Source of the DNA: Myxococcota bacterium
Lineage (GTDB): Bacteria; Myxococcota_A; UBA9160; JAFDDA01
Length of the DNA: 64,000 nucleotides
Reading direction: 5' to 3'
Assembly: GCA_965228475.1 (NCBI GenBank)
Contig: OZ245817.1
Coordinates: forward strand, 1,888,001-1,952,000
Shown here: one piece after another, positions 34,796 to 43,943 of the stretch
How positions within the stretch are numbered: the first letter of the stretch is position 1
Layout: each line of letters opens with the position of its first letter
The notes under the pieces: generated by a model
The model's input: the letters and a program-made list of their open reading frames with translations, nothing else
Told to the model about the DNA's origin: nothing
The model's database searches: none
Program-made: the position numbers and the translations under genes

Positions 34796-36280
34796 ATGGC
34801 ACTCGAGATCAAACAGGAACTCCGCTTGAGCCAGCAGCTGGTGATGACGCCCCAGCTGCAGCAGGCGATCAAGCTGCTCCAGCTCTCGCGCCTCGAGCTC
34901 GCGGGCGTGGTGGAGCAGGAGCTCCAGGAGAATCCGGTCCTCGAGGAGACCCAGGACGTCGAGGAGGAGCGCTCCTCGGCCCAGGCCGCCGAGGCCCAGC
35001 TCGGTTCGGCCGGGGAGGCCGAGCGCTCGGAGACCGCCGCCGCGGAGCAGTCCGGCGATGCGACCGTCACCGACCGCGAGCCCACCGACGCCGAGAAGAT
35101 CGCGGACGTCGACTGGCAGAACTACATGGACGCCTATCCGCAGACGGGCATGGCGCCCATGCGCGACGACGAAGACCGTCCCTCGATCGAGAACACGCTC
35201 TCGCGCCGTACGACGCTCGCCGAGCACCTGAACTGGCAGCTCGGGCTCTCGAGCTTCGACCCCGAAGAGTCCGAAGCCGCCGAATGGATCATCGGGAACG
35301 TCGACGACGACGGGTACCTCCAGTCGAGCGTGGAGGAGATCTCGCACCAGGCCGGTTTCGCGCCGGACCTCGTGGCCGAGACGCTCAGCAAGATCCAGGG
35401 TTTCGACCCGGTCGGCGTGGCCGCGCGCGACCTGCGCGAGTGCCTGTTGATCCAGGCCAAGGCGCTCGGGCTCCAGGACCCGCTGGTCCTGCGCATCCTC
35501 GACGAACACGTTCCGGCGCTCACCCGCCGCGACTTCCGCGGCATCGCCCGCACCCTCGGCATCACGATCGAGGAGGTCTCGGCGGCGGCCGACGTGATCG
35601 GCCAGCTCGAGCCGAAGCCGGGCCGGGCCTTCGGCGGCGAAGAGGCCGTCTACATCATTCCCGACATCTACGTCTACAAGGTCGCGGACGAGTTCCACAT
35701 CCAGCTGAACGAGGACGGTCTGCCGAAGCTCCGCATCAGCAACCTCTACCGCGACGTGCTCGGCAAGGACAAGTCGACGCCCAAGGAGACCAAGGAATAC
35801 GTCCAGGACAAGGTCCGCTCCGCCCTCTGGCTGATCAAGTCCATCCACCAGCGCCAGCGCACGATCTACAAGGTCATGCAGAGCATCATCCGGCACCAGC
35901 GCGAGTTCTTCGAGCGTGGCATCGCCCACCTGAAGCCGCTGAACCTGCGCGACGTCGCCGAAGACATCGAGATGCACGAGTCCACGGTCAGCCGCGTCAC
36001 GACCAACAAGTACGTGCACACGAACCAGGGCATCTTCGAGCTGAAGTTCTTCTTCAACTCGAGCATCAACCGGACCGACGGCGACGCGATCGCGAGCGAG
36101 AGCGTCAAGGAGAAGATCCGCAAGATCATCGGTGCCGAGGATCCGCGGCGCCCGCTCTCGGACCAGCGGATCGCCGAGATGCTGAAGGCCGGCCAGATCG
36201 ACATCGCGCGCCGGACCGTCACCAAATACCGCGAAGCCATGAACATCCTGTCGTCGACGAAACGGCGACAGGTCGGCTAG
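34796..36280 (+). CDS. rpoN: RNA polymerase sigma-54 factor
   Basis: LVMTPQLQQAIKLLQL, MHESTVSRVT, RpoN box ARRTVTKYRE. Confidence 0.97.
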   Translation: MALEIKQELRLSQQLVMTPQLQQAIKLLQLSRLELAGVVEQELQENPVLEETQDVEEERSSAQAAEAQLGSAGEAERSETAAAEQSGDATVTDREPTDAEKIADVDWQNYMDAYPQTGMAPMRDDEDRPSIENTLSRRTTLAEHLNWQLGLSSFDPEESEAAEWIIGNVDDDGYLQSSVEEISHQAGFAPDLVAETLSKIQGFDPVGVAARDLRECLLIQAKALGLQDPLVLRILDEHVPALTRRDFRGIARTLGITIEEVSAAADVIGQLEPKPGRAFGGEEAVYIIPDIYVYKVADEFHIQLNEDGLPKLRISNLYRDVLGKDKSTPKETKEYVQDKVRSALWLIKSIHQRQRTIYKVMQSIIRHQREFFERGIAHLKPLNLRDVAEDIEMHESTVSRVTTNKYVHTNQGIFELKFFFNSSINRTDGDAIASESVKEKIRKIIGAEDPRRPLSDQRIAEMLKAGQIDIARRTVTKYREAMNILSSTKRRQVG

Positions 36281-36310
36281 GCTCCCGCCGTCGCCCCAGG
36301 GGTGCCTCCC

Positions 36311-36772
36311 ATGAAGATCATGGACATCGTCGTACAGGACGCCGTGCTGCTCGAACTCGAGCCGGGCGACAAGAACGCCGTCCTCGGCCAGATGGCCAGG
36401 TCCCTCGCGGAGGCCGTCCCGGAGCTCGAGGCGGACCGCCTGCTCCAGGTGCTGCTCGACCGCGAGAGTCTCCAGAGCACGGGCATCGGCGAAGGCGTGG
36501 CGATCCCCCACGGCAAGTTCCCGGGCCTCGACCGCCTGCTGGCCTCCTTCGCCCGCAGCACGCCGGGCACGGACTTCGAGGCCGTCGACGGCCAGCCGAC
36601 CCATCTGTTCTTCCTCCTGGTCGTGCCCGAGCACTCCGGGGGGCAGCACCTGAAGGCCCTGGCGCGGATCTCGCGCTTCTTCCGCGACGCGAGCTTCCGC
36701 AAGCGGCTGCTCGAGGCCGGCTCCGTCGAGCAGGTCTTCGAGGCGATCACCGAAGAAGACGCCAAGTTCTGA
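36311..36772 (+). CDS. ptsN: PTS EIIA-Ntr (nitrogen regulatory IIA)
   Basis: RESLQSTGIGEGVAIPHGK, FEAVDGQP, HLKALARISR. Confidence 0.92.
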   Translation: MKIMDIVVQDAVLLELEPGDKNAVLGQMARSLAEAVPELEADRLLQVLLDRESLQSTGIGEGVAIPHGKFPGLDRLLASFARSTPGTDFEAVDGQPTHLFFLLVVPEHSGGQHLKALARISRFFRDASFRKRLLEAGSVEQVFEAITEEDAKF

Positions 36773-36801
36773 CGTCGCGCGGCCTTCCAGGGGGCGGGAG
36801 C

Positions 36802-37404
36802 GTGGGAACGCAATCGGATCCGGCCGAGAGAAGAACCGAGGTTGACGGGGATCCGGCTGCGAAGGAAACCCAGGTCCACGGGGCGGCCGTCGAGGTGCTC
36901 GGGACCGGCGTGCTCCTGCTCGGGGAAAGCGGCATCGGCAAGAGCGAGACGGCGCTCGAGCTGGTGGTCCGGGGGCACCGGCTGGTGGCGGACGACGTCG
37001 TCCGCATCGCCGAGGGCGCGGACGGGGCCCTCGTGGCGCGTGCGCCGGAGCTGATCTCCCACCACCTCGAGATCCGCGGCATCGGGATCGTGGACGTGGC
37101 GCGGCTCTACGGGGACCGCGCCGTGCTCGGGAGCTGGCCCATCGAGCTCGTCTGCCAGATCGTCTTCTGGAAGCCTGGCCGGCAGTTCGAGCGGGTGGGC
37201 CTCGAGCGGCCGAAGGAGCGCGTGGCGGGCCGGGATCTGCCCATGGTCGTGCTCCCGGCCCGGCCATCGGGCAACATGGCGACGTTGGTGGAGCTCGCGG
37301 TGCGGGACCACCAGGATCGTCGCAGCGGCGGGAGCTCGGCCCAGCGCCTGGACGAGCGCGTGCGGGAGGCGGCGGGCGCAACGCGAAAGGGCGAGGCCGG
37401 ATGA
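36802..37404 (+). CDS. hprK: HPr kinase/phosphorylase, short form lacking the N-terminal domain
   Basis: VHGAAVEVLGTGVLLLGESGIGKSETALELVVRGHRLVADD, HLEIRGIGIVDV. GTG start with GGGAG SD. Confidence 0.88.
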   Translation: MGTQSDPAERRTEVDGDPAAKETQVHGAAVEVLGTGVLLLGESGIGKSETALELVVRGHRLVADDVVRIAEGADGALVARAPELISHHLEIRGIGIVDVARLYGDRAVLGSWPIELVCQIVFWKPGRQFERVGLERPKERVAGRDLPMVVLPARPSGNMATLVELAVRDHQDRRSGGSSAQRLDERVREAAGATRKGEAG

Positions 37405-37430
37405 ACCGGAGGGGTGAGGCCGGATGAACC
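37389..37430 (+). repeat. Tandem duplication (period 23) of the hprK/rapZ junction
   Basis: GGGCGAGGCCGGATGAACC (37389-37407) and GGGTGAGGCCGGATGAACC (37412-37430). Confidence 0.85.
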
Positions 37431-38293
37431 AGGAAGAGAGTGAGATCGTCTTCGTCGCGGGCCTTTCGGGCAGCGGCAAGACGACGGCGATGGCGGCGCT
37501 CGAGGACCTCGGCTTCTACTGCGTCGACAATCTGCCTCCGATGCTGATCAAGCAGTTCATCGAGCTGTGCGCGCAGTCGACCCCGGCCGTGCGGCGCGTG
37601 GCGCTGGCCATCGACACGCGCGAGCCGACCTTCCTCTCGGGCGTGCCGGACGTCATCCGCGAGCTCCGGGAGGAGGGCGGACGGATCGAGCTCGTCTTCC
37701 TCGACAGCAACAACGAGACGCTGGTGAACCGCTACCGCGAGACGCGCCGCGTGCACCCGCTCTCGCCGAGCGGGAACGTGCAGGACGGCATCGAGCGCGA
37801 GCGCGATCTGCTCGTCGACCTCGCGCGCCTGGCCGACGTCGTCGTGGACACCTCGAGCCTGAACGTCCACCAGCTGCGCGAGACCATCGTCCGGCACGTC
37901 GTCGGGGCGACCCGCTCGACGGTGGTGAACGTCCTGTCCTTCGGATACCGCTTCGGCACACCGCGCTCGGCCGAGCTCCTGTTCGACGTGCGCTTCCTGC
38001 CGAACCCGCACTTCGAGCCCGCCCTGCGGCCGAAGACCGGCCGAGAGCCGGAAGTCGCCGAGTTCGTCCTGAAGGCCGAGCGGACCGGGAGCTTCCTCGA
38101 GCACCTGAAGCGGCTCCTCGGCTTCCTGCTGCCCCTCTACGACGAGGAGGGCAAGGCGTACCTCACGATCGGGATCGGCTGCACCGGGGGGCGTCACCGA
38201 TCTGTGGCGATCGTCGAGAAGCTCGCGCAAGATCTGCGCGCCGCGGATCGTGAGGTGAACGTCAGCCACCGCGACGCCGACAAGCCCACGTGA
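37424..38293 (+). CDS. rapZ: RNase adapter RapZ (YvcJ family P-loop protein)
   Basis: GLSGSGKT, LEDLGFYCVDNLP, ETRRVHPL, SFGYRFG, FDVRFLPNPHF, GCTGGRHRSV. Confidence 0.95.
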   Translation: MNQEESEIVFVAGLSGSGKTTAMAALEDLGFYCVDNLPPMLIKQFIELCAQSTPAVRRVALAIDTREPTFLSGVPDVIRELREEGGRIELVFLDSNNETLVNRYRETRRVHPLSPSGNVQDGIERERDLLVDLARLADVVVDTSSLNVHQLRETIVRHVVGATRSTVVNVLSFGYRFGTPRSAELLFDVRFLPNPHFEPALRPKTGREPEVAEFVLKAERTGSFLEHLKRLLGFLLPLYDEEGKAYLTIGIGCTGGRHRSVAIVEKLAQDLRAADREVNVSHRDADKPT

Positions 38294-38327
38294 GAGCATC
38301 TGGACCGAGCGCCCGGGAGAAGGCCCC

Positions 38328-38738
38328 ATGAACATCGGAATCGTACTCGTGACGCACTATCGCCTCGGCGAAGAGCTGATCCAGGCGCTGCGTCTGATCG
38401 TCCCCGATGCGCCGGCCTTCGGAGCCGTCTCCATCGAGCCGTCCCAGAGCGTCGACGAGATGCGCGCGGGCATCGAGGCCGCGCTGAAGGAAGCGGACCG
38501 CGGCGAGGGCGTGCTGGTGCTGACGGACATGTTCGGCGGCACGCCCTCGAACATCAGCCTCTCGTTCCTCGACGAACACCCCGTCGAGGTGGTCACCGGC
38601 GTGAACCTGCCGATGTTGATCAAGCTCGCGACGGGAGTGGAGCCCTCGAGCCTCGAGGAGCTCGCGACCTTCATCAAGGATTACGGCCGGCGGAACATCT
38701 CGGTGGCCAGCGAGATCCTTCCGGGAGGTTCCGGTTGA
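38328..38738 (+). CDS. PTS EIIA mannose/fructose-type component
   Basis: IGIVLVTH, GVLVLTDMFGGTPSN, VVTGVNLPMLIK. Confidence 0.92.
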   Translation: MNIGIVLVTHYRLGEELIQALRLIVPDAPAFGAVSIEPSQSVDEMRAGIEAALKEADRGEGVLVLTDMFGGTPSNISLSFLDEHPVEVVTGVNLPMLIKLATGVEPSSLEELATFIKDYGRRNISVASEILPGGSG

Positions 38739-39046
38739 CCCGCGAGGAGGCGGCCGGCGCCGCGGCCTTCGAAGCCTGCTTCGAGATCCGCAACCCGCTC
38801 GGGCTGCACGCCCGGCCCGCGGGCCGCTTCGTCGCCCTGGCCGGCGACTTCGCCAGCGAGATCGAGGTCGCGCGCGGCGACGAGTGGGTCAACGGGAAGA
38901 GCGTCCTGTCCCTGCTCTCCCTGGCCGCGGCCCAGGGGACGACCCTCCGGGTGCGGGCCACCGGGGCCGACGCCCGGGCGGCCGTCGAGGCCCTGGGCCG
39001 GGTCCTCGAGGAGCCCACGGAGCCCACGCCGCCGCCCCGCTCCTAG
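38735..39046 (+). CDS. ptsH: Phosphocarrier protein HPr/NPr
   Basis: NPLGLHARPA (His15 motif), VNGKSVLSLL (Ser46 motif), ATGADA. Confidence 0.92.
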   Translation: MTREEAAGAAAFEACFEIRNPLGLHARPAGRFVALAGDFASEIEVARGDEWVNGKSVLSLLSLAAAQGTTLRVRATGADARAAVEALGRVLEEPTEPTPPPRS

Positions 39047-39116
39047 GCCGGCCCCCGGAGCCGGGGAGCCGGCCAAAACCCCTGGAACCACTGAGGAACC
39101 GCCGCGGCGGTCGGGT

Positions 39117-39147
39117 TTGATTCGGGCAGGGGCATCCCTTATAACTT
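39117..39147 (+). promoter_or_regulatory. Putative sigma70 promoter of metK
   Basis: TTGATT (39117-39122), 17 nt spacer, TATAAC(TT) from 39140. Confidence 0.6.
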
Positions 39148-39155
39148 CCGCTCCC

Positions 39156-39236
39156 CGGAACCGAAGGGACTTCCGCCGTTGGCGGAACCGAAGGAGCTTC
39201 CGCCGTTGGCGGAACCGAAGGAGCTTCCGCCGATGG
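39156..39236 (+). repeat. Three tandem 27-bp repeats spanning the metK RBS and start codon
   Basis: CGGAACCGAAGGGACTTCCGCCGTTGG / CGGAACCGAAGGAGCTTCCGCCGTTGG / CGGAACCGAAGGAGCTTCCGCCGATGG. Confidence 0.95.
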
Positions 39237-40393
39237 CCCGCCGCTCGCTGTTTACGTCCGAATCCGTGTCCATGGGGCACCCCGACAAGATGTGTGACCA
39301 GGTCTCGGACGCCATCCTCGACGCGATGCTCGCGCAGGACCGCAACTCGCGCGTCGCCTGTGAAACCCTCACGACGACCGGCCTCGTCATGGTCGCGGGG
39401 GAGGTCACCACGACCGCGCAGATCCAGATCCCGCAGCTGATCCGTCAGGTCGTGCACGACATCGGCTACACGAGCTCGGACATGGGCTTCGACGCCTCGA
39501 CCTGCGCCGTGAACGTGGCGCTCGGCCGTCAGTCCCCGGACATCTCCCAGGGCGTGACGGAGGGCGAGGGCCTGCACAAAGAGCAGGGCGCCGGCGACCA
39601 GGGCCTCATGTTCGGCTTCGCCTGCGACGAGACGCCGGAGCTGATGCCCGCCCCGATCCTGTGGTCGCACCGCTTGATGGAGGGCCACCGCGAGGCCATG
39701 GAGTCGGGGGACCTCGACTACCTGCGCCCCGATGCCAAGAGCCAGGTCACGATCGAATACGAAGGCGATCAGCCGGTGCGCATCCAGACGGTCGTCCTCT
39801 CGAGCCAGCACTCGCCGGACGTCTCGCACGACCAGCTGCGCAAGGACGTGATCGAGCGGGTCATCCGGCCGAAGCTGCCGGCGAACCTGCTCGACGACGA
39901 CACGATCTTCCACGTGAACCCGACGGGGCGCTTCGTCGTCGGTGGACCGATGGGAGACGCGGGCCTCACGGGCCGGAAGATCATCGTCGACACCTACGGC
40001 GGCATGGGCCGCCACGGCGGCGGCGCCTTCTCCGGGAAGGACCCCTCGAAGGTCGACCGCAGCGCGGCCTACGCGGCCCGCTACGTCGCCAAGAACCTGG
40101 TCGCCGCGGGCATCGCCCGCCGGGCCGAGGTCCAGCTCGCCTACGCCATCGGCGTCGCGGAGCCGGTCTCGGTGCGGGTGGAGACCTTCGGCACCTCGGA
40201 TCTCGAGGCCGGCGAGCTCTCGAAGCTCGTCTACAAGCACTTCGATCTCACGCCCCGCGGCATCATCGACTCGCTGGACCTGCTCCGGCCGATCTACCGC
40301 GCCACGTCCTACCACGGCCACTTCGGCCGGGAAGGGTTCCCGTGGGAGGCCACGGACCGCGCCGAGGCCCTGCGCCGGGACGCCCAGGGCTAG
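39233..40393 (+). CDS. metK: S-adenosylmethionine synthetase
   Basis: [64 protein letters not shown]. In-frame TTG starts also at 39179 and 39206. Confidence 0.97.
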   Translation: MARRSLFTSESVSMGHPDKMCDQVSDAILDAMLAQDRNSRVACETLTTTGLVMVAGEVTTTAQIQIPQLIRQVVHDIGYTSSDMGFDASTCAVNVALGRQSPDISQGVTEGEGLHKEQGAGDQGLMFGFACDETPELMPAPILWSHRLMEGHREAMESGDLDYLRPDAKSQVTIEYEGDQPVRIQTVVLSSQHSPDVSHDQLRKDVIERVIRPKLPANLLDDDTIFHVNPTGRFVVGGPMGDAGLTGRKIIVDTYGGMGRHGGGAFSGKDPSKVDRSAAYAARYVAKNLVAAGIARRAEVQLAYAIGVAEPVSVRVETFGTSDLEAGELSKLVYKHFDLTPRGIIDSLDLLRPIYRATSYHGHFGREGFPWEATDRAEALRRDAQG

Positions 40394-40415
40394 GCGATAG
40401 GAGCCGGATCGACCC

Positions 40416-40748
40416 ATGGAATCCCTGCCCCTGCTGATCGGGCTCCAAGCGCAAGCGCCGGGCCTGTTCCAGAGTTTCCTCGTTCCGATGGTGATGGTGT
40501 TCGCCATCTTCTATCTGCTGTTGATCCGCCCCCAGAACAAGCAGCGTGCGGAGCACGACGCGATGCTCGCCTCGATCGAAAAAGGGGACGAAGTCGTCAC
40601 CGTCGGCGGCCTGCACGGCAAGGTCGTGGGCGCGACCGACGACGTGCTGACCCTCGAGATCGCCAACTTGAAGGGGGAGCGGGTTCGCGTGAAGCAGGAT
40701 CGCAAGGGTGTCGAGCGGCGCGTGTCGCGCGCCGAGGGGGGAGAGTAG
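40416..40748 (+). CDS. yajC: Preprotein translocase subunit YajC
   Basis: IFYLLLIRPQNKQ, KGDEVVTVGGLHGKV. Upstream of secD. Confidence 0.93.
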   Translation: MESLPLLIGLQAQAPGLFQSFLVPMVMVFAIFYLLLIRPQNKQRAEHDAMLASIEKGDEVVTVGGLHGKVVGATDDVLTLEIANLKGERVRVKQDRKGVERRVSRAEGGE

Positions 40749-42329
40749 GTGAACCTTCGCTTGCGCATCGCTTGGGTGCTCTTCGTGGTGCTCGGGCTCG
40801 CGTACTTCGCGGGCTCGAACGCGGCCGAAGACGAGACCCGCACCGACGCGTGGTATCTGCCGGACACCGTCATGCGCCTCGGTCTCGACCTGCGCGGCGG
40901 CATCCACTGGGTGCTCGGCGTGAAGCTCGAGACCGCCATCGACCACGAGCTCGACTACCTGGTCGGGCAGGTCGAGCGCGACCTCGAGTCCAAGGACCTG
41001 GGTTCCGTCTCCGCCGTTCGCGACGGGCACGAGATGATCGTCGATACCGCGGGCGCCTCGGTCGAGGCCGTGCGAATGGCGCTCTCGGAGGCGACCCAGC
41101 TCGAAGTCGTGGGGACCGAAGAGGGCCGCATCCGCTACGCGCTCACCGAAGACTGGCAGCGCGAGGTGCGCGAGAACGGCATGCGGCAGGTGCTCGAGGT
41201 CATGCGCCGCCGCATCGAAGACCCCCAGACGGGCGTGCCGGAATCCGTCGTGACCCGCCAGGGCAGCGACCGGATCCTCGTCCAGATCCCGGGCGGCGAG
41301 CTCGAGCGCGAGCAGGCCCGCAAGCTGCTCGACCAGACCGGCTTCCTCGAGTTCAAGATCGTGCAGGACTCGGACCGCAGCGAAGAGCTGCTCCTGGCGC
41401 GCTACCCGGACGGGCTGCCCGAGGGCACCGAGATCGCCTTCCAGCGCGACCGCCTGACCGACCGCGTCACCTTCGCGTACGTCGTGCCCGAGAAGGCCGA
41501 CATCACGGGCGACTACCTGAAGCACGCGGCGGTCGGCTTCGACCAGCGCAGCCGCCCGGTCGTGAACTTCACCTGGAAGCCCGAGGGCGCCGAGATCTTC
41601 GGCGACCTGACCGCCTCGAACATCGACAAGCCCCTGGGCATCCTCGTCGACGACGAGGTCTACAGCGCCCCGACCATCCGCAGCAAGATCGTCACGCGCG
41701 GCCAGATCGAGGGCCAGTTCACCAGTGACGAGGCGGGCGAGCTCGCGGTTATCCTGCGCGCCGGCGCGCTCTCGGTGCCGGTGGTGATCGAGGAGGAGCG
41801 GACCGTCGGCCCCGCGCTCGGCGCGGACTCGATCCGCCGCGGCGTGAACGCCTCGGCCGTCGGGCTGCTGCTGGTGATCATCTTCGCGGGCCTGTACTAC
41901 CGGAGGTCCGGCGGCTACGCGGCCGTCGCGCTGTTGGTCAACCTGGTGATGATCATCGGCCTGATGTCGATGTTCGGCGCGACGCTGACGCTGCCCGGCA
42001 TCGCCGGTCTCGTGCTGACCGTCGGCATGGCCATCGACGCCAACGTGATCATCTTCGAGCGGATCCGCGAAGAGCTCCGCAGTGGGAAGCTCCCGCGCGG
42101 CGCGATCCGGACCGGCTTCGACAAGGCGACCTGGACCATCCTCGACGCCAACATCACGACGCTGATCACCGCGCTCGTGCTCTACGAGTTCGGGACCGGG
42201 CCGATCAAGGGCTTCGCGGTGACGCTCGCCATCGGCATCCTGACCAGCGTGTTCGCGGCACTCGTGGTGACGCGCCTGCTCTTCCAGCTCCACCCGGGCG
42301 ACCGGCCGGTGGAAGCCGTCTCCATCTAG
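40749..42329 (+). CDS. secD: Protein translocase subunit SecD
   Basis: RLGLDLRGG, RILVQIPG, VGPALG, TLTLPGIAGLVLTVGMAIDANVIIFERIREE, ILDANITT, GTGPIKGFA. Confidence 0.96.
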   Translation: MNLRLRIAWVLFVVLGLAYFAGSNAAEDETRTDAWYLPDTVMRLGLDLRGGIHWVLGVKLETAIDHELDYLVGQVERDLESKDLGSVSAVRDGHEMIVDTAGASVEAVRMALSEATQLEVVGTEEGRIRYALTEDWQREVRENGMRQVLEVMRRRIEDPQTGVPESVVTRQGSDRILVQIPGGELEREQARKLLDQTGFLEFKIVQDSDRSEELLLARYPDGLPEGTEIAFQRDRLTDRVTFAYVVPEKADITGDYLKHAAVGFDQRSRPVVNFTWKPEGAEIFGDLTASNIDKPLGILVDDEVYSAPTIRSKIVTRGQIEGQFTSDEAGELAVILRAGALSVPVVIEEERTVGPALGADSIRRGVNASAVGLLLVIIFAGLYYRRSGGYAAVALLVNLVMIIGLMSMFGATLTLPGIAGLVLTVGMAIDANVIIFERIREELRSGKLPRGAIRTGFDKATWTILDANITTLITALVLYEFGTGPIKGFAVTLAIGILTSVFAALVVTRLLFQLHPGDRPVEAVSI

Positions 42330-42345
42330 CGGAACGGAGAGTCCC

Positions 42346-43296
42346 TTGCCCTTCGAGATCATCCAACCCGGCACCCGGATCGACTTCATCCGCTTCGCGC
42401 GGCCGGCGGCCATCCTTTCGATCCTGCTGATCGTCGTCTCGCTCGCCGCGATCGGGCCGCGCGGCTTCCGCCTCGGCATCGACTTCGCGGGCGGCACCGA
42501 GGTCCAGCTCCACTTCACCGGCGGCGAGGACGTCGACGAGGGCGCGATCCGCGCGGCGACGAACGAACTCGTCCCCGACGCGAGCGTGGTGCGCTTCGGC
42601 GCCTCGGACACGCGCGAGTACCTGCTCCGCTTCAAGTCCGATCAGGGCGAGAAGGGCGAGAAGGTCGACGCGATCGCGGCCAAGCTCCGGGAGGACATCG
42701 GACCGCTCGAGGTGGACCGGGTCGAGTACGTCGGCCCGAAGGTCGGCGCCGAGCTGCGCGCCGCGGGCTTCAAGGCCCTGGGCCTCGCCGGGCTGATGGT
42801 GCTCGTCTACATCGCCTTCCGCTTCAGCGCGCGCTTCGCCCCGGGCGCCATCGTGGCGGTGCTCCACGACGTCATGGTGACCGCGGGCATCTTCATCCTG
42901 CTCGGGATGGAGTTCGACCTGCGCGTCCTGGCCGCGCTGCTCGCGATCGTCGGCTACAGCCTGAACGACACGATCATCATCTACGACCGCATCCGCGAGA
43001 ACATGGAACTCCACACCAACGCGGACCTGCCGGACGTGATCAACCGGAGCATCAACCAGATGCTCGGCCGCACGGTGCTCACCTCGGGAACGACCCTCGT
43101 GGCCGTGATCGCGCTGCTCGTGCTCGGCGGCCCGGTGATCCGGCCCTTCGCCTTCGCGATGACGATCGGGATCCTGGTCGGAACCTACTCGAGCATCTAC
43201 ATCGCATCGCCGATCCTGATCCTGCTCGAGCGCTGGCAGGGCCCGGAAAAGGCCGCGAAGCCCAAGGCGAAGGCCAAGGCCGCTCCCCAGGTCTAG
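42346..43296 (+). CDS. secF: Protein translocase subunit SecF
   Basis: LGIDFAGGT, VGPKVGAEL, HDV, GYSLNDTIIIYDRIREN, GTYSSIYIA. Confidence 0.96.
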   Translation: MPFEIIQPGTRIDFIRFARPAAILSILLIVVSLAAIGPRGFRLGIDFAGGTEVQLHFTGGEDVDEGAIRAATNELVPDASVVRFGASDTREYLLRFKSDQGEKGEKVDAIAAKLREDIGPLEVDRVEYVGPKVGAELRAAGFKALGLAGLMVLVYIAFRFSARFAPGAIVAVLHDVMVTAGIFILLGMEFDLRVLAALLAIVGYSLNDTIIIYDRIRENMELHTNADLPDVINRSINQMLGRTVLTSGTTLVAVIALLVLGGPVIRPFAFAMTIGILVGTYSSIYIASPILILLERWQGPEKAAKPKAKAKAAPQV

Positions 43297-43308
43297 CGCG
43301 CTCGGCCC

Positions 43309-43902
43309 CTAGGGCGTCGCGCCGACCGCGGGAGCCGGCGACGGGGCCGAGCTCTGGGGCTTGGGCCGCGTGCTCGTGCTTGCGCTGGCGCCATCGCCCT
43401 TGGACATCGAGATGCTGCCGTTGAGCACGGCGCCTTCCTCGACGACCAGGCGCGGCGCCTTCACGTCACCCTCGACGATGCCGCTCGCCTGGACCTCGAC
43501 CCGCTCGATGGCGGAGACGTCCCCGGCGACGCGTCCGATCACGACGACGTTCTTCGCGTGGACGGTGGCCTCGCAGATGCCGTTCGCGCCCACGGTGAGC
43601 TGGTTCTCCGGAAGGGAGACCTTGCCCTCCACCTTGCCCTCGATGACGACGTCCTCGTCGCCCGAGAGGTCGCCCTTGATCGTGATCGACTTGCCAACGT
43701 TGGCCATGCTTGCTTCCTGAATCGGGGGTACGGATCGGGAATCGCGTTCCGGACGGGAGCCGGGGGAGTTCGAGCCGCGGGCAGGGGAGGGCGCGGAGCC
43801 CTCGGAACCCGAAGGGGAGCCCGGGCGGGCCCCGGAATCACGCCCCTCGTGCGGATCCCGGCCGTCCTGGCTCTCCTTGTTGTCCCTGCCGAACAGTGCC
43901 AT
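43309..43902 (-). CDS. Bactofilin (polymer-forming cytoskeletal protein); alternative start at 43707
   Basis: VGKSITIKGDL...VIEGKVEG...VVIGRVAGDV...VEGDVKAPRLVVEEGAVLNG beta-helix pattern with disordered tails. Confidence 0.9.
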   Translation of the reverse strand: MALFGRDNKESQDGRDPHEGRDSGARPGSPSGSEGSAPSPARGSNSPGSRPERDSRSVPPIQEASMANVGKSITIKGDLSGDEDVVIEGKVEGKVSLPENQLTVGANGICEATVHAKNVVVIGRVAGDVSAIERVEVQASGIVEGDVKAPRLVVEEGAVLNGSISMSKGDGASASTSTRPKPQSSAPSPAPAVGATP

Positions 43903-43943
43903 CGGTGCGCCCCCCAGCGTCGTCGCAGCGCGTGGCGGCCAGC

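Noticed and set aside
34049..38335. 1428-aa minus-strand ORF
   Set aside because: Antisense shadow of lptB-rpoN-ptsN-hprK-rapZ, all well supported on the plus strand.
39156..39236. 27-bp repeats as a mini CRISPR array
   Set aside because: The units are directly tandem with no unique spacers, there are no cas genes, and they coincide with the metK RBS and start.
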